In this document: one piece after another, positions 31,491 to 41,904 of the stretch
Layout: every line of letters starts with the position of its first letter
Position numbering within the stretch: the stretch's first letter is position 1
Assembly (NCBI GenBank): GCA_963663765.2
Contig: CAXXUA010000005.1
Location: forward strand, 1,536,001-1,600,000
Source of the DNA: Candidatus Poribacteria bacterium
GTDB lineage: Bacteria > Poribacteria > WGA-4E > WGA-3G
Length of the DNA: 64,000 nt
Direction: 5' to 3'
Notes under the pieces: model-generated
Seen by the model: only the letters and a program-made list of their open reading frames with translations
Database searches by the model: none
Told to the model about the DNA's origin: nothing
Program-made: the position numbers and the translations under genes

Positions 31491-31538
31491 CAGACTCCTC
31501 AAAAGAAGATATAATCACATTTCAACATAAACCTACAT

Positions 31539-34313
31539 CTAACGAATCGTCCATAATAGAATTGTACCATCATCACTCCCACTGGCAATAGTGGTACCAT
31601 CTGGGGAAAATATGACAGAAGTTACCTCTCGCGTATGTCCTTTGAGTGTGGCAATGTGTCTTCCTGTGGATGTATTCCATAGACGCACAGTTTCATCAGC
31701 ACTACCAGTAACTATAATGGTACTATCAGGAGAATAGGTTACAGAATTAATCCTATTTTTGTGTCCTTTGAGGGTGGTAATGTGTTTTCCAGTATTTGCG
31801 TCCCACAACCGTACCGTTGAGTCCATACTTGCGCTGGCGAGAGTATTATTATCAGGCGCGAACATTATAGAATTAACAGTTTTCGTATGTCCCGTAAGTG
31901 TTGTTATGTGTTTTCCTGTACCCATATCCCATAACCGTACAGTCTTATCCCAACCACCACTCGCGAGTTTAGTCCCATCAGCGGAAAATGCTACGGAATT
32001 TATCCAGCCAGTATGTCCTGTAAGTGTTGTTTTGTGTTCTCCCGTTGATAAATGCCACAACTGCACTTCCATATCTGCCCCTGCAGTTGCAATCATCCTA
32101 CCGTCTGGTGAAAAGGTAACTGCAGCAATATATTCTTTGTTTGCTTTTTCGATTGTTACACTGTTTTTTTGAGTGAGTGTGTCCCAAACTCGGACTTTGT
32201 TGTCTCTACCTCCGGTAGCAATAGTGTTTCCATCTGGTGAATACGTTACGGACGTGGTTCCCCATGTATGATCTTTGAATTTGGCTATGTGTTTTCTGTT
32301 ATTTACATCCCATAAATAGACAGAATCACCACTGCCAGCGACGATAGTCTCACCATCTGGTGAATACGCCAAAGAAGAGATCCTACCAGAATATCCTGCA
32401 AATTTGGTAATACATTGTCTTGTGCGTACATCCCATAGTCGCACTGTACGATCTAAACTCATACTTGCAATCATATTGCTATCTGGTGAAAACGCTAAGA
32501 AATTAACCCAGCTTGTATGCCCTTTAAATGTAGCAATGTATTTTCTGGTCTGAGTGTCCAACAAACTCAATGATTTATCACTACCACTGATAGCAAGCGT
32601 ATTTCCATCTGGCGAATACCTCACGCAATGAATCGAGACCATCGTGTTACTTATCGGTGTGCATATCAGTATTGCATCGCGTATGTCCCACAACCATAAA
32701 TTATAGTCAGTACCTTTTGTAGCCGTTGCGATTGAATTTCCATCAGGAGCAAACGCGACTGACATGACATGACTTGCTTCTTCAGTGGCAACTACGCCGT
32801 GATCAAGATCAGTTTTGTGTTCACCTGTATGTGCATCTAACAATCGAACTGTAGTATCCATATCCATCGTACAAGCGATTGTGTTCCCATCCGGAGAAAA
32901 CACAACTGATGTTACATAATTCTCTTTATCTATAGATATGGTTTTATGCTCTCCTGAGGTGATGTTCCAGAACTTCAACGTTCCGCCTCCATTAGTAGCA
33001 GCGATTCTACTACCGTCTGGAGAATACACTACTGAATAGGCAGCACCTTGTGTTTTAAGAGTGGTTTTATTTTGTCCTGTCCCAAGATCCCATAGTCGCA
33101 CTGTCCTATCCGCGCCGCCACTTACGAGTGTTGTGCCATCAGGAGAAAATGCTACAGAATACACTTCTTCCGTATGTCCTACAAGCAGGTCAAGTTCTTT
33201 TTCTTTCCCGGAACGCACATCGTAGATCCAAATACCTATATCACCCGCAACCGCAAGTCTGGTACCATCTTGAGAAAAAGCAATATTGCTGGTAGAATGC
33301 TTATACCCAGTGTTCGGAAAGTACGGTCGGACTATATTTCCTTTACCAAGCCGTGCTTTTGCTCCTTCAGGGACATTCCATTGTGTATAGTCTATTGAAT
33401 CTAATAAACCCTGATCTGATTCCTGACCAGTGCCATCCCCTTTGTCAAAAGTATTGGTACTATTTCCCTGCGGATTTCTTACATCACGTTTTGCATCAAC
33501 ATTCTGAACAATAGGCGAATCAATGAGTTCTACTGTCATCTCTGACTCCATGTCTAAACTATAGGGTTGTTGGAAACGAGCTAATTGTTGACTACCTAAA
33601 CCAAGAAGCATGACAATCAAAACAAGACCAGATGCAGCCAACATCCAAGGAAAGAGAGGATTACCACCAGAAGGTGCAACAGGATTTAAATTTTCAACTT
33701 TTTTCATGATGTTATCAGTTAAGTTCGCAGATATTTGAAAATTGCTGAGTGTTTCGAGAATCATCGGTTCTTCTTTTCTTAGACGTTGTCTGGCACGGCT
33801 AAGTCTACTCTTTATCGCACTTGGGGATACACCTAAAAAACGACTAATCTCTGAACAAGTCATGTCCCCGAAGTAGTGGAGTATGATCACAGTGCGTTCA
33901 CTCTCTTTGAGTTTTGCAAGCAGCTTTTGAACAACCTCGCGTTGCGCATCTACATTTGCTTTTGCTTGTTCTGCAGCAATATATTGAGAATAAGCGGTTT
34001 CTTCTATCATATCAGTACCCATTTCTTCCAGGGATTCAGCAACAATGCGTTTCTTGCGGAGATATGCAAGACATTGCCGCGTTGCAATAACATATAGCCA
34101 TCCAGAAAACTGATTAGGATTCCTCAAGGTTGGTAGTTTCTGATAGACTTTTAAAAAGGCATCCTGTGTAATTTCTTCAGCAATATGGAAATCTCCTATT
34201 TTCCGCCAAACAAGTGCGTGTACTTGCTTTTGGTACTTTCTTACCAAATCTGCAAAAGCAGAATCATTACCTGCAAGGATCCTATTTATCAGTTCAACAT
34301 CACTGTGATTCAT
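31539..34313 (-). CDS. ECF sigma-70 factor-TM-WD40 fusion (tandem paralog)
   Basis: Same architecture as the downstream gene. Confidence 0.93.
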   Translation of the reverse strand: MNHSDVELINRILAGNDSAFADLVRKYQKQVHALVWRKIGDFHIAEEITQDAFLKVYQKLPTLRNPNQFSGWLYVIATRQCLAYLRKKRIVAESLEEMGTDMIEETAYSQYIAAEQAKANVDAQREVVQKLLAKLKESERTVIILHYFGDMTCSEISRFLGVSPSAIKSRLSRARQRLRKEEPMILETLSNFQISANLTDNIMKKVENLNPVAPSGGNPLFPWMLAASGLVLIVMLLGLGSQQLARFQQPYSLDMESEMTVELIDSPIVQNVDAKRDVRNPQGNSTNTFDKGDGTGQESDQGLLDSIDYTQWNVPEGAKARLGKGNIVRPYFPNTGYKHSTSNIAFSQDGTRLAVAGDIGIWIYDVRSGKEKELDLLVGHTEEVYSVAFSPDGTTLVSGGADRTVRLWDLGTGQNKTTLKTQGAAYSVVYSPDGSRIAATNGGGTLKFWNITSGEHKTISIDKENYVTSVVFSPDGNTIACTMDMDTTVRLLDAHTGEHKTDLDHGVVATEEASHVMSVAFAPDGNSIATATKGTDYNLWLWDIRDAILICTPISNTMVSIHCVRYSPDGNTLAISGSDKSLSLLDTQTRKYIATFKGHTSWVNFLAFSPDSNMIASMSLDRTVRLWDVRTRQCITKFAGYSGRISSLAYSPDGETIVAGSGDSVYLWDVNNRKHIAKFKDHTWGTTSVTYSPDGNTIATGGRDNKVRVWDTLTQKNSVTIEKANKEYIAAVTFSPDGRMIATAGADMEVQLWHLSTGEHKTTLTGHTGWINSVAFSADGTKLASGGWDKTVRLWDMGTGKHITTLTGHTKTVNSIMFAPDNNTLASASMDSTVRLWDANTGKHITTLKGHKNRINSVTYSPDSTIIVTGSADETVRLWNTSTGRHIATLKGHTREVTSVIFSPDGTTIASGSDDGTILLWTIR

Positions 34314-34407
34314 CTGATACTCCGGTTTGAGATCAATTGTTGTTCTTTCTAACTATTAAGACGCGGAATAGAGGTAAAACGGTCGCAAAATTCTGCAGAG
34401 AGTATGT

Positions 34408-34545
34408 TATACCAATTCAAATAAATCTTGTCTCATTAAGGAATTCTACTGTTTACTGGCAGGGGGTTACTCTCTTCGGTAGGAGCGACCTCCCGGTCGC
34501 GATTTTCTCAAGAACAGCTAAAATGCCTAAAACTGAATAACCCTG
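34408..34545. mobile_element. Chimeric MITE: family-D left end, single REP, family-C right end
   Basis: 34408-34502 nearly matches 60919-61013; the element ends in AAAACTGAATAACCCTG. Confidence 0.7.
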
Positions 34546-34584
34546 ATAGTCAGTATTGTGAAATTGATTTGTATGATGGCAGAA

Positions 34585-37137
34585 TTAGAATTCAAACGTC
34601 AGTCCAAGATAGATTATTAGAGGAAATTGTGATAGCTCTTCAGATTCCCATTCATCAATTTCAATTTCTTCACCTTGAATTTCAAGTGTTGCTTCCTTAA
34701 AATAGAATCTTATCTTATTTTTTCTGTTGTAAACATTCAGAATATCAAGAAACCCACCTATCTTCATGCCTCGAACATTCCATTTACGACTGATTCTGAA
34801 ATCTAACTTGTGATATTGGGTTAACTCGGCATGTAATTCTTCGTCAGCACTTGCTATTAGCGGGTTCAACCCGCTTGTAACAGGATCTTGAATTAGGACG
34901 AGAGAACTAATCGGAACTTCAGACGTGCCATTTAGATATTGCCATTTTACACCTATCTCAAAATTTGACGTGAAGTTATAGTTTGCGACTATGCTAACAA
35001 TGTGTGTTTTATCAAAAAGGTACGGTAGATAACTTGCATCCGGATTCTCACGCCGTTCAGCATGCGTGTATGCATAAGATATCCAACCGAAGAATTTATT
35101 TGATATGCGGTGGCGTAGGAACGCTTCCACACCACCAACGTACGCTGCTCCTTGATTGAGATAGTTTGTAACCTCATTTTCTGTTGCTAATCTCTCTCCC
35201 TCAGAAGCAGCAAATTCCAACTCAGACGTTGTTGAAACCTTTTCTTTTGTTACCAAGTTCTGTTCGTCTTTGTAATATGTAGCAAACTTGAATTCCGTTT
35301 GAGAGGTAAGATCATGTTCTATCTCCATGATATAGTGGCGTGCAAGGCTGGATTTCAAATCTGGGTTTCCATTCTCAGATAGTATCTGATAAGGTTTCGG
35401 GCTCTGTTCATAATGTCCATACGCAAAACGGATATTGAAATCACTTGGAAGTTTGAAGTTTACACTGCCTCTCGGTTGCACTGATAGTTGTTCTGTCAAA
35501 TCGAGGTAATCAAATCGTGTGCCAAGTGCGATTGAAACAGAAGGTAACGGGTCATATCGTGCTTGTAGATAACCTTCGGTGCGGTAAAAATCGTGTCCAA
35601 ATTCGCTGTGTGTCTTGTCCAAATTTGTGACTTCGTAACGTCCTACTCTGGATCTTCTGGTTACTTCTACCTGTTCTCCACCTTCTGTAGTAATTGATGT
35701 TCTATAAGTCAGTGGAGCAATTGATTCATACTCATAAAAAATGCTGTCTTCAAAGCTATTGGCTGGACTAAACGACAAAAGGAAACCCTGTTCAAGCTGA
35801 AGCATGGGAGTCAACTTGTAAGAGATATCTTCGCGGAGTGTCCACACCGGAACCTTGACGTTTACTTCATAGCTATTGGTAAGGATTTCTTCAGCTACCA
35901 ATCTACCGTCCTCCAGTTTAAAATCACCGTCTTCTTGCTCATAATTCAGGACAAAGGAGTCTACAAAATTAATATTGAGAAAATTGAAGGTGCGAGTAAA
36001 TGAAAAATGAGATGTTAAATCTTCGGTATAGTTTGAATGGAGATGGATGCCTTGTCCGCTAAAACCGTTTTTAAAATAGAAAGTTCCACTTTCAAGGTGT
36101 GCGTCTTCAAGATGTCCGTTTATAGACATTTCTATGTCTCCTTCATTTATCTCAAAATGGTCTGTTGCAGCAAATGCATTGAGTGTTAGGCGATGTTTTT
36201 CTGTTATCGGATAAGCAAATTTGAACTGATAATCAGAAAAATATGGGAATTGCTGCTCTGATCCTGTTTCCCTTTCAATAATCGGTCCAAGGATGAGATC
36301 AAAATAACTTCTCCTCCCGGATACAGAGAGATACCCTTTTTCGCCTATCCGTCCTTCAAGCAAACCTTCAGAATAGAGTAGATTTAGGTTGAACTTCCCG
36401 TCTAATGGATCTTCAATTGTATCACGTGCGTGGATATCAAGTACTGCTTGTGAATCTAATCCGAATTCTGCGCCGTATCCACCTGCGTAAATATCTATTT
36501 TTTCAATAGTCTCTGAACTGATAGTTGATAGCAACCCACCCCAATGGAATGGATATCCGAGTTGTGTTCTGTCAAGATAATAAAGATTTGCACCGGGTTC
36601 ACTACCCCGAATATATAGGACGCCAAAGTAGTCATTTGGGATACCGATACTGGGGAGTGTGGTCAATCCCTTAAGGGCATCATTCATTACCCCGGGGATG
36701 CGGAGGAGTTCGCTGCCGCGAATTTCCTTTTTGCTTACCGTGGGTGGAACGCGCTCCCCTTCAACAACGACTGTTTCTAACTCAAATACTTCACCAAGAT
36801 ACATGTTCGCTTGTGTTGTATGTCCTGCGGTTACTTCAACTGAGGTTTTTGTAGGGGTAGTAAAAGAGGGATGCGTGATTGTGAGGGTGTATGTGCCATC
36901 TGGGACATCTGTGAACCAGACTTTTCCCTCTGCATCACTTTTTTGACGTTCGTCTGTTTCATGGATGTGGACTTCTGCGCCTGCAAGTGGTTTTCCCGTG
37001 GTTTTGTCATAGACAGTGCCTTCAATAGTACCTGTTTGTGCAAACACAGATGTTGGAAGTATAAGAACGAGAAAAAATAAGAAATAGGGGGTTTTCAATT
37101 TTATTTTTTTATCGAGGGATAGTAGGAGAATGTACAA
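34585..37137 (-). CDS. TonB-dependent receptor with an N-terminal carboxypeptidase-regulatory-like domain
   Basis: AQTGTIEGTVYD...PLAGA, ETVVVEG TonB-box-like motif, plug motif YIRGS..GANLYYLD, NPDLK, C-terminal LGLTFEF. Confidence 0.92.
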   Translation of the reverse strand: MYILLLSLDKKIKLKTPYFLFFLVLILPTSVFAQTGTIEGTVYDKTTGKPLAGAEVHIHETDERQKSDAEGKVWFTDVPDGTYTLTITHPSFTTPTKTSVEVTAGHTTQANMYLGEVFELETVVVEGERVPPTVSKKEIRGSELLRIPGVMNDALKGLTTLPSIGIPNDYFGVLYIRGSEPGANLYYLDRTQLGYPFHWGGLLSTISSETIEKIDIYAGGYGAEFGLDSQAVLDIHARDTIEDPLDGKFNLNLLYSEGLLEGRIGEKGYLSVSGRRSYFDLILGPIIERETGSEQQFPYFSDYQFKFAYPITEKHRLTLNAFAATDHFEINEGDIEMSINGHLEDAHLESGTFYFKNGFSGQGIHLHSNYTEDLTSHFSFTRTFNFLNINFVDSFVLNYEQEDGDFKLEDGRLVAEEILTNSYEVNVKVPVWTLREDISYKLTPMLQLEQGFLLSFSPANSFEDSIFYEYESIAPLTYRTSITTEGGEQVEVTRRSRVGRYEVTNLDKTHSEFGHDFYRTEGYLQARYDPLPSVSIALGTRFDYLDLTEQLSVQPRGSVNFKLPSDFNIRFAYGHYEQSPKPYQILSENGNPDLKSSLARHYIMEIEHDLTSQTEFKFATYYKDEQNLVTKEKVSTTSELEFAASEGERLATENEVTNYLNQGAAYVGGVEAFLRHRISNKFFGWISYAYTHAERRENPDASYLPYLFDKTHIVSIVANYNFTSNFEIGVKWQYLNGTSEVPISSLVLIQDPVTSGLNPLIASADEELHAELTQYHKLDFRISRKWNVRGMKIGGFLDILNVYNRKNKIRFYFKEATLEIQGEEIEIDEWESEELSQFPLIIYLGLTFEF

Positions 37138-37252
37138 TTAATTCTACAACATTTTAACCCAAGTTTGCCAAACAAAATTCACAGAACACTAAGGGTGAAT
37201 TAAAAAGTATATGTCGTTCTTTCAATACCTTCGCCAATAATAGACATTCTGT

Positions 37253-37348
37253 CAGATTGTGCGGTCAGTTGTAGCACATTCTTCCAGATTGTGCGGTCAG
37301 TTGTAGCACATTCTTCCAGATTGTGCGGTCAGTTGTAGCACAATCTTC
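37253..37348 (+). repeat. 3 x 32-bp tandem repeat containing a GTAG-led hairpin
   Basis: CAGATTGTGCGGTCAGTTGTAGCACATTCTTC at 37253, 37285 and 37317. Confidence 0.85.
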
Positions 37349-37391
37349 ATGAAGATTAATTTATTTATTAGGTATCCATATATTTTCCCAC

Positions 37392-38009
37392 GGTAGGCGT
37401 GCTTTGTAAGCGCGCCACCCACCTGCAGGCGTGCTTTGTAAGCGCACCATCCTCACCCCCCACCTGCAGACGTGCTTTGTAAGCGCGCCATCCTCACCCC
37501 CCACCTGCAGACGTGCTTTGTAAGCGCGCCATCCTCACCCCCCACCTGCAGACGTGCTTTGTAAGCGCGCCATCCTCACCCCCCACCTGCAGACGTGCTT
37601 TGTAAGCGCGCCATCCTCGCCCCCCACCTGCAGGCGTGCTTTGTAAGCGCGCCATCCTCACCCCCCACCTGCAGGCGTGCTTTGTAAGCGCGCCATCCTC
37701 GCCCCCCTCCTGCAGGCGTGCTTTGTAAGCGCACCCCTCTTATCCCTCTTGCAGGCGTGCTTTGTAAGCGCGCCATCCTCGCCCCCCACCTGCAGGCGTG
37801 CTTTGTAAGCGCGCCATCCTCACCCCCCACCTGCAGGCGTGCTTTGTAAGCGCGCCATCCTCACCCCCCACCTGCAGGCGTGCTTTGTAAGCGCACCCCT
37901 CTTATCCCTCTTGCAGGCGTGCTTTGTAAGCGCACCATCCTCGCCCCCCTCCTGCAGGCGTGCTTTGTAAGCGCACCCCCGATGGTAGACGTGCTTTGTA
38001 AGCGCACCC
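37392..38009 (+). repeat. Array of 16 REP cores (mostly 41-bp units, two 39-bp and two 31-bp units)
   Basis: Same core as the 8.3-kb and 22.9-kb arrays with C-rich spacers. Confidence 0.93.
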
Positions 38010-38151
38010 CATAAGCGTCAATTTAAGGATTTTCACCTCTTGTGGGAGGGGTTTTCAACCCCGATTTTACGCGCTTTTCCTCTCAAATCGGGGTTGAAAA
38101 CCCCTCCCACAAGAGAAACACCAACACTTTTTTCTTAAATTGACGCCTATG
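38010..38151. mobile_element. Family-B MITE with an internal long inverted repeat
   Basis: CATAAGCGTCAATTTAAG ... CTTAAATTGACGCCTATG; internal GTGGGAGGGGTTTTCAACCCCGATTT doublet. Confidence 0.85.
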
Positions 38152-38327
38152 GGGCGTGGAGACCACGCCCCTACGAATACCCAACTTGAACGTCAAAACT
38201 CATTAGGTTGTAGGTTCTGAACTTTTGGGTATATCTCCAGGAAGAACATTATCAATTGTATCATAACAGCTGCCTATGTCAATCAATACCAGATGCAGAT
38301 TAAGTTAGCGAGCTACTTTTCTCTATC

Positions 38328-38682
38328 CATAGGCGTCAATTTAAGTAAGAAGTTCCCTATTCTTGTGTAAGTGAAACCTTGGATGTTCTAATTCCTTCAG
38401 ATGGCACCTTTATTGTAGGGGCGGGGTTTCCCCGCCCGATTGGAAGTTCGTTTACACGGCCGAGGAGACCTCGCCCCATAGGCGTCAATTTAAGAATTTA
38501 TTGTTGTCATTTTTCTTGTGGGAGGGGTTTTCAACCCCGATTTGAGCGGAAATGCACTAAAAAATCGGGGTTGAAAACCCCTCCCACAAGAGGTGAAAAT
38601 CCTTAAATTGACGCCTATGGGGCGAGGAGACCTCGCCCCTACGATGTGTGCGAGGATTAGCTGCCTTAAATTGACGCCTATG
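38328..38682. mobile_element. Family-B MITE with a second family-B MITE nested at 38477-38619
   Basis: Both have CATAGGCGTCAATTTAAG TIRs; flanking direct repeats of 20 bp (16/20 identical) and 19 bp (18/19). Confidence 0.88.
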
Positions 38683-38687
38683 GTGTA

Positions 38688-40124
38688 CTATTTTTCTCTA
38701 TCAGACACAAGCAGATCATAGGAATTGCTTTGCCAACCACCTTCCATCACAATATTATCTCTGGTATCACGTAGCCGTTTTACCATACGGTCTTTCATAC
38801 GACGAAGGACATGTTTATATCCAAGATGCGTAGCAAGATTATGTAGTTCATGTGGGTCGCTTTGCATGTCGTAGAGTTCATCCTGACTGTATGGATTATA
38901 TACGTATTTCCACTTATCAGTACGCACCATCCGAACAGTTGCAAGGGTTGCTTCATATCCATGAAATTCAGCAAAAACATCGTCGTACCAATCATCAACT
39001 TTTTCACCGTTGAGCAGTGGCACAATTGACCTGCCGTCAAGATTGTTAGGTACTGTTGCGTCACCGAATTCCAAAAAAGTAGGCATAAGATCAACGAGAT
39101 TTACAAACTCATTACAAGTTGCACCAGGTGAAGTAACACCTTGCCATCGGATAAGAAGCGGAATGTGGTGTGTTTCTTCATACATGTGAAAACCTTTGTT
39201 GAACAGCCGATGACTTCCGAGCATATCTCCGTGATCAGTAGAAAAGATGACAATCGTGTTCTCTGCTAAACCGTTCTCATCAAGTGTTTGTAAAATTCGT
39301 TGAATTTGGTGATCGATGAAGGTACAGAATCCCCAATATGCAGCGATAACTTTCTGCCAATCTTTCCATGTCAGATGACTGGAATTCCATCGCAGCATCT
39401 CTTTCTGTTGAATTAGCGGTTTGTTGATGAATTGCTCATCAAAATTACCCCAACGTTCAACAGTATCAGGATCGTATAGCGTATCATAGGGTTCAGGTAC
39501 AGCGTAAGGAAAGTGCGGTCCAAAGAAATTTGCCGCGATCATAAATGGTTTATCAGAACCAGAATATCCGTCAATTAATTCAATCGTTTTGTCTGCAGTC
39601 CACGCTTCCATTGTCCGTTCAGCAGGGAGAGGCAGTCTTCCATAAAATGGTGCATCTCCACCCCACTCAAATGGTTGGACAGCATCGCGGTCTATCCTAA
39701 AGTCAATCCCATCGTCGCGTAACCATTGGTGCCACTCATTATAGGGATGCCATTTGTCATAACCCCAAAACCCGGTGTCTCCCTGTTTTGCTAAATGCCA
39801 CTTACCAATTGAAGAAACGTTATATCCAGCAGCATTCAGCAGTTGTGGATATGCTGGCTTATTGAGTATCTGTTCCCCAAAAACACCATTGAAGTTACCC
39901 ATATTTGAAAGCTGCCCGTGGTTATGTGGGTAAAGTCCGGTAAGGAGTGAACCACGCGCTGGGGAACATAGGGCTATGGGAGTATAGGCTTTTGTAAAAC
40001 GCATTCCGGTCGCAGCGAGATTGTCTAATGCTGGCGTTTGGCAAACTGGTGCCCCATTGCAACCGAGTGAATCATATCGTTGCTGATCTGTCAGCAGAAA
40101 AAGTATATTTGGTGACTGTGCCAT
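38688..40124 (-). CDS. Sulfatase (Cys-type, formylglycine-dependent)
   Basis: PNILFLLTDQQR, CSPARGSLLTG, GKWHL, STDHGDMLG, ELYD...DPHE. Confidence 0.95.
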   Translation of the reverse strand: MAQSPNILFLLTDQQRYDSLGCNGAPVCQTPALDNLAATGMRFTKAYTPIALCSPARGSLLTGLYPHNHGQLSNMGNFNGVFGEQILNKPAYPQLLNAAGYNVSSIGKWHLAKQGDTGFWGYDKWHPYNEWHQWLRDDGIDFRIDRDAVQPFEWGGDAPFYGRLPLPAERTMEAWTADKTIELIDGYSGSDKPFMIAANFFGPHFPYAVPEPYDTLYDPDTVERWGNFDEQFINKPLIQQKEMLRWNSSHLTWKDWQKVIAAYWGFCTFIDHQIQRILQTLDENGLAENTIVIFSTDHGDMLGSHRLFNKGFHMYEETHHIPLLIRWQGVTSPGATCNEFVNLVDLMPTFLEFGDATVPNNLDGRSIVPLLNGEKVDDWYDDVFAEFHGYEATLATVRMVRTDKWKYVYNPYSQDELYDMQSDPHELHNLATHLGYKHVLRRMKDRMVKRLRDTRDNIVMEGGWQSNSYDLLVSDREK

Positions 40125-40163
40125 AATTACTCCTTTTTAGTATATAGATTGATGTTCGGTATC

Positions 40164-40739
40164 TCATTTTCTAATGAATTGATTTTGTATATAATTCGCT
40201 ATGGATTCCCAGTACCTATCTTCATCGTCGATACGCAAAACATGCGTGTTCTTAGGTGAGTCATTTGCCCCTAAACCCTTCTCAATAATCTGTGTTGCTG
40301 TGTTCTGTTCAAGGTATTTTGCGATTGTGGATTCTAAACGTATAGGAGAACGAATTGCAATGATATTGATTATTTCTGCAGTTACTAAATCGAGCATATA
40401 ATCAATATTCCAGAATAGTTTTTTACTGCTTTTGGGTAGTGGGTTTTTTGGTCCTAATTCACAGGCTTGAAATTGGAAAATCATAACGTCTCTAATGAGG
40501 TGTGGTGGTTTATCCCCACTACGCGTTGCATGGCGAACAAGTCGTCGGGCAAGGGAAGTGGATCCCTTTTCCGATAGTGCTGAACCAACATAGGTGTAAT
40601 CTCCAGCGGGGAGTAAGATGAGCTTGCTTTTCCTAAAACGTCCAAATTGTAATTTGGCATCCTCAGAAAGCCGAACCCGTAATACATAAGTTCCTGCTTG
40701 CGATTCTTCACCCATGATATAAACTTCTTGAATTCTCAT
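40164..40739 (-). CDS. DUF123 / GIY-YIG (Uri-superfamily) nuclease-like protein
   Basis: GTYVL...FGRF...GDYTYVGSA...RRLVRH...KLFWNIDY...GAND; alternative start at 40715. Confidence 0.78.
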   Translation of the reverse strand: MRIQEVYIMGEESQAGTYVLRVRLSEDAKLQFGRFRKSKLILLPAGDYTYVGSALSEKGSTSLARRLVRHATRSGDKPPHLIRDVMIFQFQACELGPKNPLPKSSKKLFWNIDYMLDLVTAEIINIIAIRSPIRLESTIAKYLEQNTATQIIEKGLGANDSPKNTHVLRIDDEDRYWESIANYIQNQFIRK

Positions 40740-40781
40740 CTGATTACCAACGATTCCTCATTTGATTCTGAGTTGTATAGG

Positions 40782-41045
40782 TAACGAGTTGTGCTAAATA
40801 ACTATGTGTTAATCAGTGTTTCACATAAACATGACGTTTTGCAGGTGTACTTCATAGTTTGAAACGATCTTCAGTCCCGACAAATGCCATACGCGCATTT
40901 GGCGTTGATTTGGTAGGGACGATATGTTTATAGAAAAACGTCATAGTACATCATATTTAGTCCCGTAGGGACGATATGTGTGCATTATAAACCTAATATA
41001 TGTGATAACTTTGAAAACAATTGGTTAACTGGCACAAGTCGTATA
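40782..41045. mobile_element. MITE-like element (TAACGAGTTGTGCTAAATAAC ends) with AGTCCCGTAGGGACG repeats
   Basis: Left end identical to 2611-2633; degenerate inverted right end GTTAACTGGCACAAGTCGTATA. Confidence 0.55.
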
Positions 41046-41099
41046 GGTAGTAGTATTGTACCTGACTTGCGCCTTTTCTACAAGTGGTACAATTTTTCG

Positions 41100-41800
41100 C
41101 AGGGTTATTCAGTTTTAAGAACCTATCGTTATACCAGTTAACTTTGGGTTAAGATTAGTGAATATATATAGGAATTTTTGTGGTATTCTTGTTTATTGTC
41201 TGAACCAGGATTCTCAGGATTAGTAGATTTTCAGGATTTACCTCATCAAGGGTTTTGATAACTGTTTTTGGTCTCTTTTGGAATAGGATTTGATGAAACA
41301 AATCTTGATAATCTACTAATCCTGAAAATCCTGGTTCAGACAAAGAATGAGTTAACTCCCAAAAATAAGAAAACTTAAAAATTACTATAGTTTGTACAAT
41401 TCTCAGTTTGTAGAAGTTGAGTATTCAATAGAACGTCTATTTTTCTACGAGTTTCGTATATGTTTCGTATATTATGAAACTGGAGAAAATACCGCACTCC
41501 AGCGGAGTGCTATGTTTATAGAAAACGGTATACCCACAATCTTGCACTCCATCGGAGTGCTATGTGTTGGAAATCACATACCGCTCCGCTGGAGCGGAGT
41601 TGTTAGTTGACAATGTGGCTATAAACATATTGCTCCGATGGACCACAGAGGGTTTGCGTTTTGTTCGTTGTGTATTGATTTGGTAACATAAGCAGTGAAT
41701 AAATTTCTTATCAACTCATGTTTGGAAATTGCCCAAACTATAATAAAATTTAACAACTGTGATAGAATTTACTCAATAAAATGAAAACTGAATAACCCTG
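41100..41800. mobile_element. Family-C MITE containing two other palindromic repeat families
   Basis: CAGGGTTATTCAGTTTT ... AAAACTGAATAACCCTG; internal TTGTCTGAACCAGGATT inverted repeat (41196-41343) and GCACTCCAGCGGAGTGC repeats (~41495-41645). Confidence 0.7.
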
Positions 41801-41904
41801 GTCATTCGCAACATAATTTGCGCGAGATAAGTTTTTATGCTATTCTCTAAAGTAAGCAAGTCATTTGTAAAATGAGAATCTAATGATGAAGTAAAGGGTA
41901 AGCA

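Noticed and set aside
28731-34313. Diversity-generating retroelement acting on the WD40 paralogs
   Set aside because: No reverse transcriptase, and no template/variable repeat pair with adenine-specific differences, was seen
40164-40739. DUF123 nuclease-like gene as the mobiliser of the repeats
   Set aside because: It has no HUH or DDE motifs, and adjacency to repeats is uninformative where many intergenic gaps have them. No RAYT gene is present in the window
41091-41809. Target-site duplication for the family-C element at 41100-41800
   Set aside because: The flanks AATTTTTCG and GTCATTCGC do not match convincingly
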